From Fistulifera solaris (taxonomy: Eukaryota), in contig AP026149.1 of assembly GCA_030295235.1 (NCBI GenBank), forward strand, positions 496,001 through 560,000: 64,000 nucleotides of DNA, read 5' to 3'. The notes beneath the pieces are model-generated. The model had not been told where the DNA came from. It saw nothing but the letters and a program-made list of their open reading frames with translations, and searched no databases. Shown here piece after piece: positions 12,301 through 24,499 of the stretch; the first letter of the stretch is position 1; each line of letters starts with the position of its first letter. The position numbers and the translations under genes are program-made.

Positions 12301-12687
12301 TGCTATCAATGTTTCTTTTCTAAGTGAATCGTAGTAGGTACACCTCAACCTCTTAGGAGATGCTGCTCAATGTGATGAGTACCCTGATACTGGTAGCTTC
12401 CGAATAAAAGAATGGTATCTTATTTGCGCGGTTTTCCACGAAATCTTCTTGTTCGCGTTTGACGTTTGACGTTACACTGTAAAAAGAAGTGCAAGACACC
12501 CGCCATTCGTAACCGTAACGTGAGTCACGAGTGAAGGTTACTATTCGTGATTGAAAAGCGATGAAATGATTGAAAAAGTTGAACCTATAATTGGAAGCAG
12601 CCGCTCCTTTATGCATTGACCATTCTGAAATCATACTGTACGGTACCTGATCTGTAATGGTTTTTGTCGAAAAGTCTCCTCAACGGT

Positions 12688-13413
12688 ATGCTTATCACGG
12701 TCAAAAAGCACGGTTTTCTCGTTATTTTATTGGTCGAGTATGCTGTGAGAAACTTTAACTCTGTCTTGAGCTTCACAAGTCTTCCTCCCGTTCCTTTCTT
12801 TGATGTGACTTTGCGTCATTACAATCCAAAGCCGTCGTCGTATCTATTGTTTGCTTCACCAGACACGCCAGCCCTGTCGATTCACCATACTGCATTGAAA
12901 ACGCGGAATATTACGACAGCTATTGAATTCTATTCTTTATTTGGTTACCAAGTGGCGTGTCGCTTCCGCGCAGGTCCGGCTCGTGCTGCATGGCTCGCAT
13001 TGACTTCTTCCCGCTTGGCACGCTTGGAATTAATTGAAGTGCCAGATTACATTTTGCGAGAAGAATTTGGCACTCGCGCGAGAGCGATAGATTTAATGCA
13101 GCGACCGGAATTCTTGGGCTACAACCATGTAGCTGTCGATGTGACAGAACAAATTTTACATGCTGGATTTATGAATTTGAACGAGTGGCTAGATCAACTG
13201 AACCGCACGAGTATAGATCGATTTCAACGATCACTACGAATTGCTGTCAAACCTCGTCAACAAATGATAGGACGGGGTGTTTATGAACTGGCTTTTCTGT
13301 ACGATGCGGATGGATGCTTGATTGAAGTACTACACAAACAGAGCGAAATCTCGCAAGAAATGCAGTCAGGATGGGATCCGTGGGACGGAGAAGGATTTGT
13401 GGGCCGACGATAA
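12688..13413 (+). CDS. Glyoxalase/VOC-family protein with N-terminal targeting sequence
   Basis: IHHTALKT, RLELIE, GYNHVAVDV, FLYDADGCLIEV (H/E/H/E metal ligands). Confidence 0.85.
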   Translation: MLITVKKHGFLVILLVEYAVRNFNSVLSFTSLPPVPFFDVTLRHYNPKPSSYLLFASPDTPALSIHHTALKTRNITTAIEFYSLFGYQVACRFRAGPARAAWLALTSSRLARLELIEVPDYILREEFGTRARAIDLMQRPEFLGYNHVAVDVTEQILHAGFMNLNEWLDQLNRTSIDRFQRSLRIAVKPRQQMIGRGVYELAFLYDADGCLIEVLHKQSEISQEMQSGWDPWDGEGFVGRR

Positions 13414-13496
13414 CAGTGATTAAATGATTTAGATGCAAACGGTTGGTAAACCCATTTAGTTTCTCTTTTTTATTCGGTCATAGGAATAATCATTTA

Positions 13497-14096
13497 TTAG
13501 TAGCCAGGAGGCATACCACGTCCCATACCCGGGGGAGCGTATCCTCCGGCCCCCGGCGGTGGTGGCGGTGGAAGATTTCCTCCGCCGATGCCGTGCACGG
13601 GGGCAGCACCCAATCCAGGAGGAGCCATGCCCGGCATCATACCTCTTCCAGCACCTCGTGCCATGCCCGGTCCTCCAGGTGTCAATTTTCCGGTGATGGA
13701 TGGCGGAGGAGGTCCTTCTACTGCCAAACTGGTAACATTCTCTCCACGTATCAAAACGAGACCCAGACTTCGTTTCTCCGTTCGTTCTTCCAGCAATGCC
13801 GCACTCCCGCCTTGACTTTTCTTTAGCATGCGAAATTCTTCAGCTTCACTGAGAACTAAATTGAGATGTTTGTCAAATGCCAGGAATGTTCCTATAATAT
13901 ATCGTCCATCATGAAGAGTCACCCTCAGTCGGTGTTCGACGTATCGAAGCAACTTACTTCCCTTTCCCGTTGGCTGTCAGAAAACGAAGAAGCATGTGTT
14001 AGAAACCAGGTTACAGCTGCATTATAAACTCATTTATTAGTATTGAGAATCGAGAATCGAAATATAATAGCAACAACTCCAAATCATGCTTACCAT
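13497..14096 (-). CDS. SNRPB: Spliceosomal core protein SmB; ATG-only first exon, intron 14093-13974
   Basis: Spliced M|PTGKGSKLLRYVEHRLRVTLHDGR..FDKHLNLVL..LVLIRGENV; Pro/Gly/Met-rich tail; GTAAGC donor and CAG acceptor. Confidence 0.93.
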
Positions 14097-14390
14097 GGTC
14101 AAATAATTATGGAAACAGCATCAATAATCTCGCAAACAATCAGCGGCGGTTATTGCGGTGCAACAGATACTTGTACTGTCCGCCGCACGTTTATTTGGAA
14201 CGTACCAAGTACATACAGTATTCAAGACGCAATACAACGGTCGCGCGATAAGAAAAGGATGCGAGATGCGAGATCTTTTCTTTGGCGTCATCATCATTAT
14301 GAATGCTGCAACATTAACCATCGAACATCGAATAAATTTATCGTTCGCTCGCCACATAAGATAGCTTCCATAGGCAATACAGATTGGGCG

Positions 14391-15595
14391 ATGAATCGAG
14401 AGCAAGTTACCGTTACCGTTTTCACAGTGTTAGTGGCTACGTTAGCCACAACGAATATCACGAGACTGCGTCGTATTCTTTCGACAATTGTGTCTCGCTT
14501 TCGTTTGCATTTTATCGTTTCTACAAAGCCTCAGGAAAGCGATTCGAAGCGTCAAGTTTCGCAGCTCCATATTTACCCAAGTACGTATCGTGCCGCTCCG
14601 TTGCGCGGCAATAAACTACGACGTGTCACTGATTTGACAAAATGTTCCTCTCATATAAATTGCCACAGTCAAGTCACTGCGCGCCGTAGATCAACAAACC
14701 GTACAGATTGAGAAACGCGGTTTGGTGGGAGATCGGGGATATATGTTGGTAGTACCAGCACCATTGCCGGCATGGGGATCGTTTGGACCCCAGGATCCGA
14801 CACATCGCTTCCTGACGCAACGACAATGTCCCAGTCTCGCGACGATAGTAGTTGTTACTGTAGAGAACGATCAATTCACTTTGACGAGTCATTTACTACC
14901 GAATGTGACAGCTAACTTTTCGACGCAACCAAATCCCGATAGCCCCAAGTATCGCGCCACTCTTTGGGGGGGATTGTGTGCAAGTTCAGGACATGGGTGA
15001 CACCGCTGCCCAATTTCTGCAATCGATTGTCGACCAAGATCCCGAAATGCCCGATGATCTCAAAGCACTAAAAGTACGATTAGTAATCCAATGTCCCGAA
15101 GACGTCCGCGTCGCCAATGAGCAATATGTTCCCCCTGCCACACGAGGTTGGTTCGGTCAAGGACCTGTCGTCGCTTTGAGTGATGGATTTCCTATTTTGA
15201 TCGCCAATGACAAATCATTGGAAGAACTCAACCGGAAATTGCAAGCCAAAGGTAAAGCGTCACTTTCTATGAGAAACTTTCGACCCAATATTGTCGTGGC
15301 AGGATTGGAGCCATTCGAAGAAGATCGATGGAAAGTGATTCGGATTGGGAATGCCATTTTGCATGTCGTTAAAGGATGTCCCCGATGCAAACAATCGTGC
15401 ACTGATCAAACTTCGGGCAAAGTTAGTGCAGAACCACTGGAGACAATGGCTGAGTTTCGTGCACTCGAAGCAGGTTCGAAGAATGTGTATTTCGCACAAA
15501 ATGTCGTCCCGTCTCCTGCCTCTGTGGGTTCGTTGATTTCAGTCGGTGATTCAGTGGAAGTATTGGAATGGGGAGAACCGGTGTGGGGAGACTAA
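14391..15595 (+). CDS. MOSC-domain protein (mARC/YcbX-like); intron ~14582-14668, frameshift at a G run ~14966
   Basis: VSQLHIYP|IKSL, DRGYMLV, FLTQRQCPSLA, SDGFPIL, RNFRPNIVV, FEEDRW, CPRC; N-terminal TM segment. Confidence 0.88.
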
Positions 15596-15914
15596 TCCTC
15601 TATGGATGGTGTTATTGTATCAAGGTGTATGTTGGTTTTAAGGCTCTAGGTTGTACGACATAGCTATAAAATCAAAGCATCTTGGAATCATTGCTTCATG
15701 AACCTGCACAAACACCGAAGCCAATGGATAGGCTGCCAGGCGAAAACAACCGTGATTGGTGTGTGAGAAATGCTGGGCAGGTACGAGTCACCTCGTAACA
15801 GATCAACATTTTCCTTGTTAGTGACTATTTCGGTTGAGGAAAAGTAAAAAAATTGCACAGAGATTATGCCTGTTCCAGCACTGCTCTTCGTTTGTTCGTC
15901 TATTCAAAAGTATA

Positions 15915-16790
15915 TCAACGGTCAGCATCATTTGAGTCAAAATTGCTTGTTCCATCAGTGACGTTCCGAGCCCGCAACCGCCGCAGAATATCGCCTTTCT
16001 TCTGCGTCAATTTTGTGTCAGTGTTGCTGGTCATGATTTGCTCCAAGGCTGTTGTTCCCAACTCCTTCTCGATCATTTCCAATAGCTCAACATTTCGTTT
16101 CCACACCAATCCAGCATCACCCCCGATTTTGTCGACGGCCCGTGTAACTTCATCTTCCCGTAAAATGTGAAAAATGGGATACGGACTGCGATTCGTCCAA
16201 TTGTCGGAATTATCCGTGCCGGAGCCTTCAAATTGGAAGAAGGGATGGAACGGTGCGACTTGGACCTGTCCTTTTAAAGCTGGATCGTTTTCTATGATTT
16301 GTTGTACAAGATCCAGTACGTCAAGATACGCGTTAAAATTGTCGGGATGCAATTCGGGGCACACCATGAGGGCGGTTCCGGATGCGCGAATTCGATAATG
16401 GAGCTCCTTCCAAATCTGTTCGACAATCCATTCGACGTCTGTTCCACGAAGAATATGGATATGTATTTGTTTCTTTCTCATGGGCTTATCAGCAAACGGA
16501 CACAAATTCATTCCAATCACTACATCCTTCAGCCATTGGGTTGTTTTCTCTCGTACTATGGCGTCGTCTTCTCCTATGTCTTTCTCTGGGGCTGCCTTTT
16601 TCGAAAACGAGTGTACGCTTCTTTGTTGATTCCTTTGAAAGGTACTTCGCCTCAGAGGGTTTGTATCCATCCGCCAGCCTGCAAGTCGTTGTCTCGCAGT
16701 GCTTCGAACGACAAACGATGATGATTCTTCGACCATAGTCATAGCCGCCATCGCCCATAGTAATTGAGGGTTCCGAAACAGTCCTTTCAT
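15915..16790 (-). CDS. DUF1415-family protein with a signal/plastid-type presequence
   Basis: WLKDVVIGMNLCPFA, QVAPFHPFFQF, NWTNRSPYPIFHILRE. Confidence 0.85.
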   Translation of the reverse strand: MKGLFRNPQLLWAMAAMTMVEESSSFVVRSTARQRLAGWRMDTNPLRRSTFQRNQQRSVHSFSKKAAPEKDIGEDDAIVREKTTQWLKDVVIGMNLCPFADKPMRKKQIHIHILRGTDVEWIVEQIWKELHYRIRASGTALMVCPELHPDNFNAYLDVLDLVQQIIENDPALKGQVQVAPFHPFFQFEGSGTDNSDNWTNRSPYPIFHILREDEVTRAVDKIGGDAGLVWKRNVELLEMIEKELGTTALEQIMTSNTDTKLTQKKGDILRRLRARNVTDGTSNFDSNDADR

Positions 16791-16901
16791 ATGGCTGTCT
16801 AAAGAGAACTGCTTGCTTAATGATTATTCTATCAATCGCTGTTGTTATTGTTGTCATCGCGTATCGATGCCGCACGACGGCATTTCATAACAGGCGCCGA
16901 C

Positions 16902-17067
16902 GTGTTTTCACGTTCCCAGAAAATGTGGGCAAGTGGTTTTTCACGTACCCAGAAAATGTGGGGATGTGGTTCTTTCACGGTCCCAGAAAATGTGGGCATG
17001 TTTTTTTTTAAGTCTCTCACGTCCTTTGAAAATCTGGGGAACAGTGACTTCTACAGAAAATTTGGGG
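16902..17067. repeat. Degenerate tandem array of a 31-34-bp unit (3 good and 2 decayed copies), same family as 47103-47298
   Basis: TTTTCACGTTCCCAGAAAATGTGGG, TTTTCACGTACCCAGAAAATGTGGG, CTTTCACGGTCCCAGAAAATGTGGG, then GAAAATCTGGGG and AGAAAATTTGGGG. Confidence 0.88.
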
Positions 17068-17282
17068 ACGCGTGGTGTGTGGTTTTTAACTTTTCATCCG
17101 ATTGTCTGTCCGTCACCAACAGGCAAGACATGCACCACCGAAAAAATCCCCGACATCGCTAACGCGTACACACCATCACGCCACAAAGATCCGAGACAGC
17201 GATCCCAAGTGTCAAATAACAATTCGAGTTTATATTTTAAGTCCCATACTGTGTCATTATTTAACATCAAACACATTCAAAT

Positions 17283-17744
17283 ATGGCAGCCGACGGAGAC
17301 GAAGAGGAAACCAAGACTGTCGGCAAGACCTACGAAGAACGCCTAGAAGCCGTCAACGTAATCAGTCAGCCGCTAGCGTCGAAAAAGAGCACCAAGAAAG
17401 CACACAAGCTCGTTAAGAAAGCCGCAGCTAGCAAACATGTACGAAGAGGCGTTAAAGAGGTTGTGAAAGGCTTGCGAAAAGGCGAAACTGGATTAGCGAT
17501 TTTGGCGGGTGATATTTATCCCATCGATGTCATCTCGCATCTTCCTATTCTGCTCGAAGAAAAGAATATTCCTTACATCTTTGTTCCTTCGAAACACGAC
17601 CTCGGTGCTGCGGCTTCTACCAAGAGACCCACGAGTTGTGTTCTCATTCGTACGCCCAAGAAATCCTTTGATGGACAAGATTTGTTCGATGCGCTCACGA
17701 AAGAAGCTAAAGAATTCGATCCGACCACTATAGTTCGCCGGTAG
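17283..17744 (+). CDS. NHP2: H/ACA snoRNP subunit NHP2 (L7Ae family)
   Basis: ISQPLASKK, RRGVKEVVKGLRKGE, LAGDIYPIDVISHLP, YIFVPSKHDLGAAASTKRPTS. Confidence 0.92.
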   Translation: MAADGDEEETKTVGKTYEERLEAVNVISQPLASKKSTKKAHKLVKKAAASKHVRRGVKEVVKGLRKGETGLAILAGDIYPIDVISHLPILLEEKNIPYIFVPSKHDLGAAASTKRPTSCVLIRTPKKSFDGQDLFDALTKEAKEFDPTTIVRR

Positions 17745-17836
17745 AACAAATAATGCAACCATAACTCCATTAACGAATGACGTACTATAATTCAATAAAT
17801 CTAAATATTAGCGAAAATACACTGCTACTCGTTTGG

Positions 17837-18470
17837 TCATGACGAGGATAAATCTCCCGATGTCGCACTTGTGTGATCACCGGCAATTTCTCCCAAGACT
17901 TGTCGCAACTGTTTTCCCATGGCATTTGGAACTGCCTTGGCACATGCCGGTGACAACTGACCGCCCATCTCGTGATAGATTTCTTGTCCTAGAATGTTGT
18001 AGGTTGCCATCATTTCGTCATTACGAAAGCCACTAAAAAGAAGCACTGGAACTCCTCGTGTGGTCGTCCCTTTGCTGACGAACTACCCGCTATTGTCGTA
18101 TCCATCATGTAGTTCAAACTTTTTCCAATGTCATATCTAAAACGGCATCGTCTTGTTCAGTCAGTCGATAAATACGACATTTCTTTCGGTGCGCTTGTGG
18201 TGCTCCATCCGAGATCATGTCATTGATTTCGTCGTCGTCAATGTTGGGCGGTACCTGGTAAAGGACTAACAGAGGCCCCGGACCGTATTCTGTTTCACTG
18301 GAATCCAAACGAATGAAATCAGCTTCTCGTTGAGTCCAGAAATCGGAAAGAGAATCCAGAATTCCCATGGACAACGAGGAGATAATGTTATGAGGATGAC
18401 AAACGGGGGTGGAAAATGCCCAACCAAGTGATGGAGCCAAGATCAGAGATAGAAAGTAAGAGAACTGCAT
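17837..18470 (-). CDS. Probable plastid-targeted protein with DUF3783-like C-terminus; frameshift ~18118
   Basis: Signal peptide ending LGWA-FS; second part VLLFSGFRNDEM..ACAKAVPNAMGKQLRQVLGEIAGDH. Confidence 0.55.
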
Positions 18471-18744
18471 TTCTTTGGCTTTGTAGAATATTATATCGTT
18501 GATGGAATGGAATTCGGCGTGTGGGAGGTGTCAATGGACAATTATAGCAAGAAAAAGTCCGCGCCTCATTTTTTCCGCGACTCAATTTTGAGGCGCGCCG
18601 ACGTTCGCGCGGTTTAGGGGAGAAGATGAGCGATCGCGATGCGTTTTTTTCTTGCTCCGCGACGCAGTTTCTCGTGCGTCGCAATTACCTAAATCTATTC
18701 TCGTTTCGCATGAAAACGTAACAAATGTCGGTCACCGAGCAACA

Positions 18745-19543
18745 ATGAGTTCATCGTGCGTTCAGGAACGTTTCTCGGCCGATGGATATGTATGGGAGAA
18801 ACAAGTTGTGCCAGCTTGCGTCATTGAATCATGGAAGGACTTTACGACCGTCGTGGTCGAACAAATATTTGCCGCACTGCACAAGAGACGTGACGTCTTG
18901 GAAAGCGACAAAACAGATATCATGAAAGTTGGAATTAAACACGGATTTCGAGAAATTGTGATGCGAAGTCCGGGAAGATACGAAATTACTCTCAAAGAGT
19001 CGTCGAAATTTTTGCAAATCAGCAACATGCCTTCCCTACAGGAACTGCAGTCGTTTCTTCCCTTTGTTCCTGCTTTTTTTAAATGCAACGTCCTGGGATG
19101 ATGTACAAATTTGTCATGTTTCCTTAGTTTTGGCCCTGCCCGGATCGAAGGAACAGAGTTGGCATGCCGACGGCGGACATGTCGACTTACAGCATCATCA
19201 GCCCTGTCACTGTCTGAACATTTTTATTCCTTTACTGGATCTGACATCTGACTTGGGTCCTACCGAATTGAGACCGGGTACGCATCTTCACACACGGAAT
19301 TTGGTGCCACTGATGTTGGCTGCCAAGGCGCGGAAAACGTTGCAAGCACCAACAACGCCCTTGCTGCAATGCGGTGATGTACTCGTGTTTGATTATCGCA
19401 TTTTGCATCGGGGTCTAGCGAATGTTTCACAGCAGAATCGACCCATTTTGGTTTTGACGGTGGCGCAAGCTTGGTTCAAAGATGTACTTAACTTTCCAGC
19501 GCGAAGCTTAAAGGATCATAATAGGAGTGAATCAAAAGAGTAA
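18745..19543 (+). CDS. Phytanoyl-CoA dioxygenase (PhyH)-like Fe(II)/2OG oxygenase; frameshift at a T/A run ~19074-19083
   Basis: QSWHADG (HxD), NIFIPL, GPTELRPGTH, GDVLVFDYRILHRGLAN, RPIL. Confidence 0.87.
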
Positions 19544-19971
19544 AAGGCTCGCTTTATTTGCTTGCGGTGAATGTAACCATGAATGTAACTAGTAGACACG
19601 TAATGCCAACCTCGACAACTTACGCTGCCATACATTCCAAAGAAAAGCAACAAACGTCAAATGTTTCTAGTTATGTGAGCACATATTTGTCCGAGTTGTA
19701 CTAGTGAGTACATCACTCTAAAAAACGTTCCTTTACATATCACGGGCGTAGACCTACGAAAAGTCGCTTCGATGCGGTCCCCGCCCACATCGGAAAAACG
19801 TGTTCGATTTTTTTTAAGTTTTGAACCGTGTCCGAGAGCGATTGACCTTTGCAGCTGGAAGGAAAGGTCTACTTTCATTCTGATAGTGCCCTTGTTCGTC
19901 ACCATCTGGACTGGCACTTTGCAGTTATTCGGGGATGGGATTGGATAAAAGTGATGGATCGAAGAAAAGTC

Positions 19972-20000
19972 CATCACATCACATCACATCACATCACATC
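19972..20000. repeat. (CATCA)n pentanucleotide microsatellite
   Basis: catcacatcacatcacatcacatcacatc upstream of the 20107 gene. Confidence 0.85.
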
Positions 20001-20106
20001 TAACATAACTTGCTTTGTAAACGAGGAGTCTGTTTCCTGCAACTATTACTTAAGAAAACAGAAAACTTCCTTCTTATTCTTCAGTAACTGCTCCTGCATT
20101 TTTAAC

Positions 20107-20663
20107 ATGAAGTTTGTCATCGGGCTTTTTCTTGTCTGGGCGGGTTGTTCGGCTTTTCAACAACCATTGCCTTCTCAGCGCCAATCTACAAGACTCTTTC
20201 TTGAAGGTACGCCGCATTACTCACAGTCGCTGGATCTAAGCGTGTTAGCAAGTGCAATCTTACATTGCGTCTTTCACTAGACTGGGTCGCCGACTTGATC
20301 GATAAGGAGTTGTACCGTGAGAAACATCGAAAGGAGTTCGAGAACGAATGGATGGAAAAGAACCGTGCGGCCATTTTTAGTCAGCTCAACGATGAAACCA
20401 GTTTTCTTCAGGATGATTTCAAGGAAAACTTCCGGGAGTTTCAGAAAGACAAGCGATTGGCGGAAAGGTCGCCCGAAAACTACTGTGCGGATCGTTGTTT
20501 AGCTACGGGAAATTGTGATGTTTACGAAGACATGTTTCAAATGACACCCTCGCAAGTCATCGAATTCTGCACGAATTGCGTCTTGGCAACGGACGATGAA
20601 GATCCCGTAGAATGTGATATTCCAGAGGCCTTTTATGATTCTGCTCAGAAGTTGTCGCCGTGA
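20107..20663 (+). CDS. Small plastid-targeted hypothetical protein with a Cys-rich C-terminus; intron ~20207-20280
   Basis: MKFVIGLFLVWAGCSA-FQQP (ASAFAP-like); GTACGC...CTAG intron; YCADRCLATGNCD..FCTNCV. Confidence 0.75.
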
Positions 20664-20874
20664 ACGCAATCGGTGCGGAAATTCGAGATCAGATTTCCAT
20701 AAGCCTATCCCTTCGTAACGAAGTTGCAGGCACTCTACGTCATAGCATATTCTGTCACGTGCTCAATTGATTGGATGTAGATTTATATATAGTTTCCTAC
20801 TAGATGTTATATTGAAGTTGGCGTTGTGGTAGAAGTGTTCATAAAGCACACAGATTGCGAATCGACGCGACTTG

Positions 20875-22350
20875 CTAAATCACTCTCCTGCGTTTATGTT
20901 CGTTGTTTTCCGTTAACGGTGACGAATTAACGTTTTCATGATCCTCATCTAGAAGTACTGCTTGAAGGAAATCATGCACTACATCGGAATGATTCGACAA
21001 TAGAAGAGCGATACGCTGAAAATCGTTCGAGGCACTGTTCATTAAAGCGTTGCCTAACAGAATTGGTCGCTCCGGCGCCGCGACCATACTCGCCAGGCCG
21101 CAGTAGAAACGGTTGAATGCATAAAGCTTATCAATCGACAAACCATTTGAGTAATTACGCCCCACACAATTTTTGACTGCGACACTTCTATTGTAAGTCA
21201 AGAATTCACGAAGATAAGAGAAAGCAGGACCAAATGCGTACGTGGGTGCATTAAGCTTCAATGTACGAAGTTTTTTGTGGTCCCTGAGACCGTCCAAAAA
21301 AGTCTTCACGTGACGACGCCAGTGGAATAATTTGACTCGATAGCACAAAGTTAGAGATCTTAGATTGAGATTGGAATGCCCGGCGCGAATTATTTCTTCT
21401 AAGACACTATCCGGGACATCGCCACCAAGTCGTCCATGAATTGCGACTTCCAACTCCACGAAATGGCCCAAAGTAGCCACGCGACGGAAAAAGCAGCGGA
21501 TAGCTTCAAATGGAAAGTTGCCGTCATATTTGTGGTAAATTTTAAGTGTAGTTTCTTGGTCACAATCGGTAAACATTGAAACGCACTTTCATGCAGCGAC
21601 GATGTTTCGATTTTGTAGTCCAAATGATCCACTGGCGTAGAGAAGGGAAGAAAGACAAGATCCTCCTCCTGAAACAATGGTAGAGTAAGCTTCTCTATTG
21701 TGTCGACTTGTAACAGACGTCTCAAACTGTCGATTCCAAAGTGAAAGTAGTAAAGTAGTAACGCTAAGGAGCCAAACGATGTTTCACGGCTTGCGAGTGC
21801 ATCAACAAACGCCGTGCCATGATCTTCGAAGTTACATTTCCGCAGAGTTAGTTGCATAGGGTGAGACCTTGTTGCTAAGAAGATAGACTGTTCGACACTC
21901 AACGTCAATCTCTCCAAGATCAGATGTCGGGATGAAGCTGCCCAAGATAAACATTGACATCCAACTGGTCGGAAATCGAAAAAGGTGCGCGAAACGACAG
22001 TCACATCAGAGTCCGCTTCGCTTGGCCCCGTCACAGCCAAGAATAAAGCAGCTGTCTCTGCTATTGCTTCCTCAGTTTCACCTACGATGTGTAAACTAGA
22101 ACCATGAGGTTTAAAATCCAAGCACAGGTCTTTTTTAAGATGAGAGGTAGGATAGGCGTTGAGACCGTAAGGTGTCACGTACGTCAATGTGCCGTTTTCC
22201 CGCCAAATAGCCAGAAGGTTTCCCCAAGAATTTAACTCTTCCAGGTTCAAAGGTGTTCGACGCAGCTTGTACGTAGGCGATTCTACCCCGTTTTCCCATC
22301 GAGCAATTTGCTCTTCTTTGCAAAAGGAATAATTTCAAAAACGGAGCCAC
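20875..22350 (-). pseudogene. RNI/LRR-like protein of a lineage-expanded family, in three frames with a GTG start; pseudogene or assembly-damaged gene
   Basis: ORFs 22135-22350, 21399-22250 and 20875-21576; LRR-like NLRSLTL and KLRTLKL, C-terminal IDKLYAFNRFYCGL..FQRIALLLSNH. Confidence 0.55.
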
Positions 22351-23074
22351 GTTTTGCGCTTTCGCTCGACATCTCTCTTTGAAAAAGGAGTGGAGAAGGT
22401 TTTGAAGCAGCAGCTCGTTCTAGAGTGAGTAAAGCGAAATGAAAGCAGCAGCAAGCGGCGGGGCGGGGCGGGGCGGGGCAGGTTTAGAAATCTTTTCAAC
22501 ATATAAGAGTAATAGATTATCCCAGCTAATCACCTACCAGTACTCTCTACTCCAGTCATCACTTGCCCACATCTTCTCCAAAACCTCGTGCGCGAATAAA
22601 GCGGACACATCAAGAAGCATTGCATCATGATCATGACTAAAAATCCAATCGTGGCGAAATAAAAGTGGACTTTGAAAATAGTGAAGCTTGAGGAGAACGA
22701 TAATGGGGCTTTTCGACCTAATCAAACGTCAATGACCGTCAACATAATCCTCGAATCGCTTGACTCAAATGACTCAAATGATCAGAGAACGGAGAATGCT
22801 TTGCCAGTAGTACCAGAAATTAGAAATAATAGACATCGATTTTCCTGGAAATGGAACAGGGATTTATACCTAGCCAATTCGTTCAATTAAAAGATATGTT
22901 TCGTGGATAGTTATTTCTCCGAGCTGCACATAACTTATGCTATACTTGTATCAAGCGATGAGAACTGTTTCTCATTCATAAAAATATTTCGAAATCATTC
23001 ATGCCGGCAAAGAACGCACCAAAACGGAAGAAGGATGACAACTGTTTCTAAAGTGGTGGTTTCTGTATTTCTTA

Positions 23075-24499
23075 CTACCCATGAATAAAATTAGGTTGTT
23101 CAAACTTCAATCCGAAGTCTGTTCGCCTAAGTAATTGATGGACCGTCTGGATCGCCGACCTGTGGGCGTTTTCCTGCAGCGCTTCATAGCCTGTGCCTTC
23201 TTGAGCTGCCGGCGCACCCACGTTAGCCCTATTCGGATCGTCACGGCCCTGTTCATAATCGTTGGAAACGTAGTTTGCTTGACCGTTGCCTTGACTGTAA
23301 TGGTAGTTCGGATCATTTCCTTGCTGCTGGTTGTTGGCGTCGTAATTTTGAACATAGTTTCCTTGTTCATCGTAGTAGCCCTGATCGTAGTAGCCCGGTT
23401 GCCCGTAACCTTGTTGGTCGTAATATCCCGACTGTGGTTGAACCATTTGTTGTCTTTCTCGTCCTTCTTCTCCCTCTGAGTCATCATCCTCATCCTCGTC
23501 GTCGTCATCATCCGAGTCGGAATCATCTTCTCGACGAATTCTACCATCGCGATCGTCTGCCAAGGCCGCAAAGTACGAGTATCGCTTGCGTCCATCCTGT
23601 GTCACTTCCGGGATAGGATACTTATCATGTTCACCCTCGTAATAGAGATCTGCCAGATCTTGTTGCTCGTCTGTAATAATCTGATTGGGATCTTTCTTGC
23701 GTTTGAACCAGGGACGACGTTCGCCATTGTCGCGGGACGGACCTTCCGGTGCCGCACCACCAAAAGCTTTTGATGGTATTTGCGGAGGACAACCAAAACA
23801 TGAATGTCGTGAGTGCATAGCCACTACCTTGTGCTACATCGCACTTGTTTTCCTGGCAAAATTCCGATCCAAATACCAGAAAACTGAGCCCCATGCAAAT
23901 GGACGCAATGAGATACGCCCACATCAACCAACGAGCAAACATGCTCTGCGAATACGCGCACATACAAGTACTGAAAACAATAAAGAATGCCACGGTACCC
24001 AGAAACATACTGAGCCACGTAAAGAATTTCGAAGCATTGACCCAGGCGTCGATGATTTCCGCTTTCTCGTCTTCCGCATAGTAACTGCAGGACTTGTAGT
24101 CTGACACCAATCCATAGTCCGTTTCCCTTGAATAAAAGCCGTAACCACGCTCACTGCCAGGAATGGGATCTCCCGTCACTGGATTGATGATATGGATGCG
24201 TTGCATAAAACAGGAACCCAAAGTATAGACATTAAAATAGACTCCACCGAAAGCGGACATGATGCTCATGAACGAAAAACAGCATCCGTGGGGCCATGCA
24301 CTAGAAAAGTAAAGAAAAAGAGGAACAATATGATGATTGATAGGATAAGACAGACGCTTACGAATGCTTGACAGTGACGAAAGAAAAGGACTTACCATAT
24401 TCCGCGAAACTCGGCATCGGGGATATTGCAGGTCGCACAATACCGCACGACATTGCGAGGCCGACAGGGCTCACAACAGCGTGTAATTACACCTCCCAT
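23075..24499 (-). CDS. Multi-pass (claudin/LHFPL-like) membrane protein with an acidic then Gln/Tyr/Gly-rich tail; intron ~24395-24301, frameshift ~23765
   Basis: About four hydrophobic Cys-containing segments; GTAAG/CTAG intron joins GIC|AWPH; low-complexity tail GYYDQQGYGQPGYYDQ. Confidence 0.6.
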
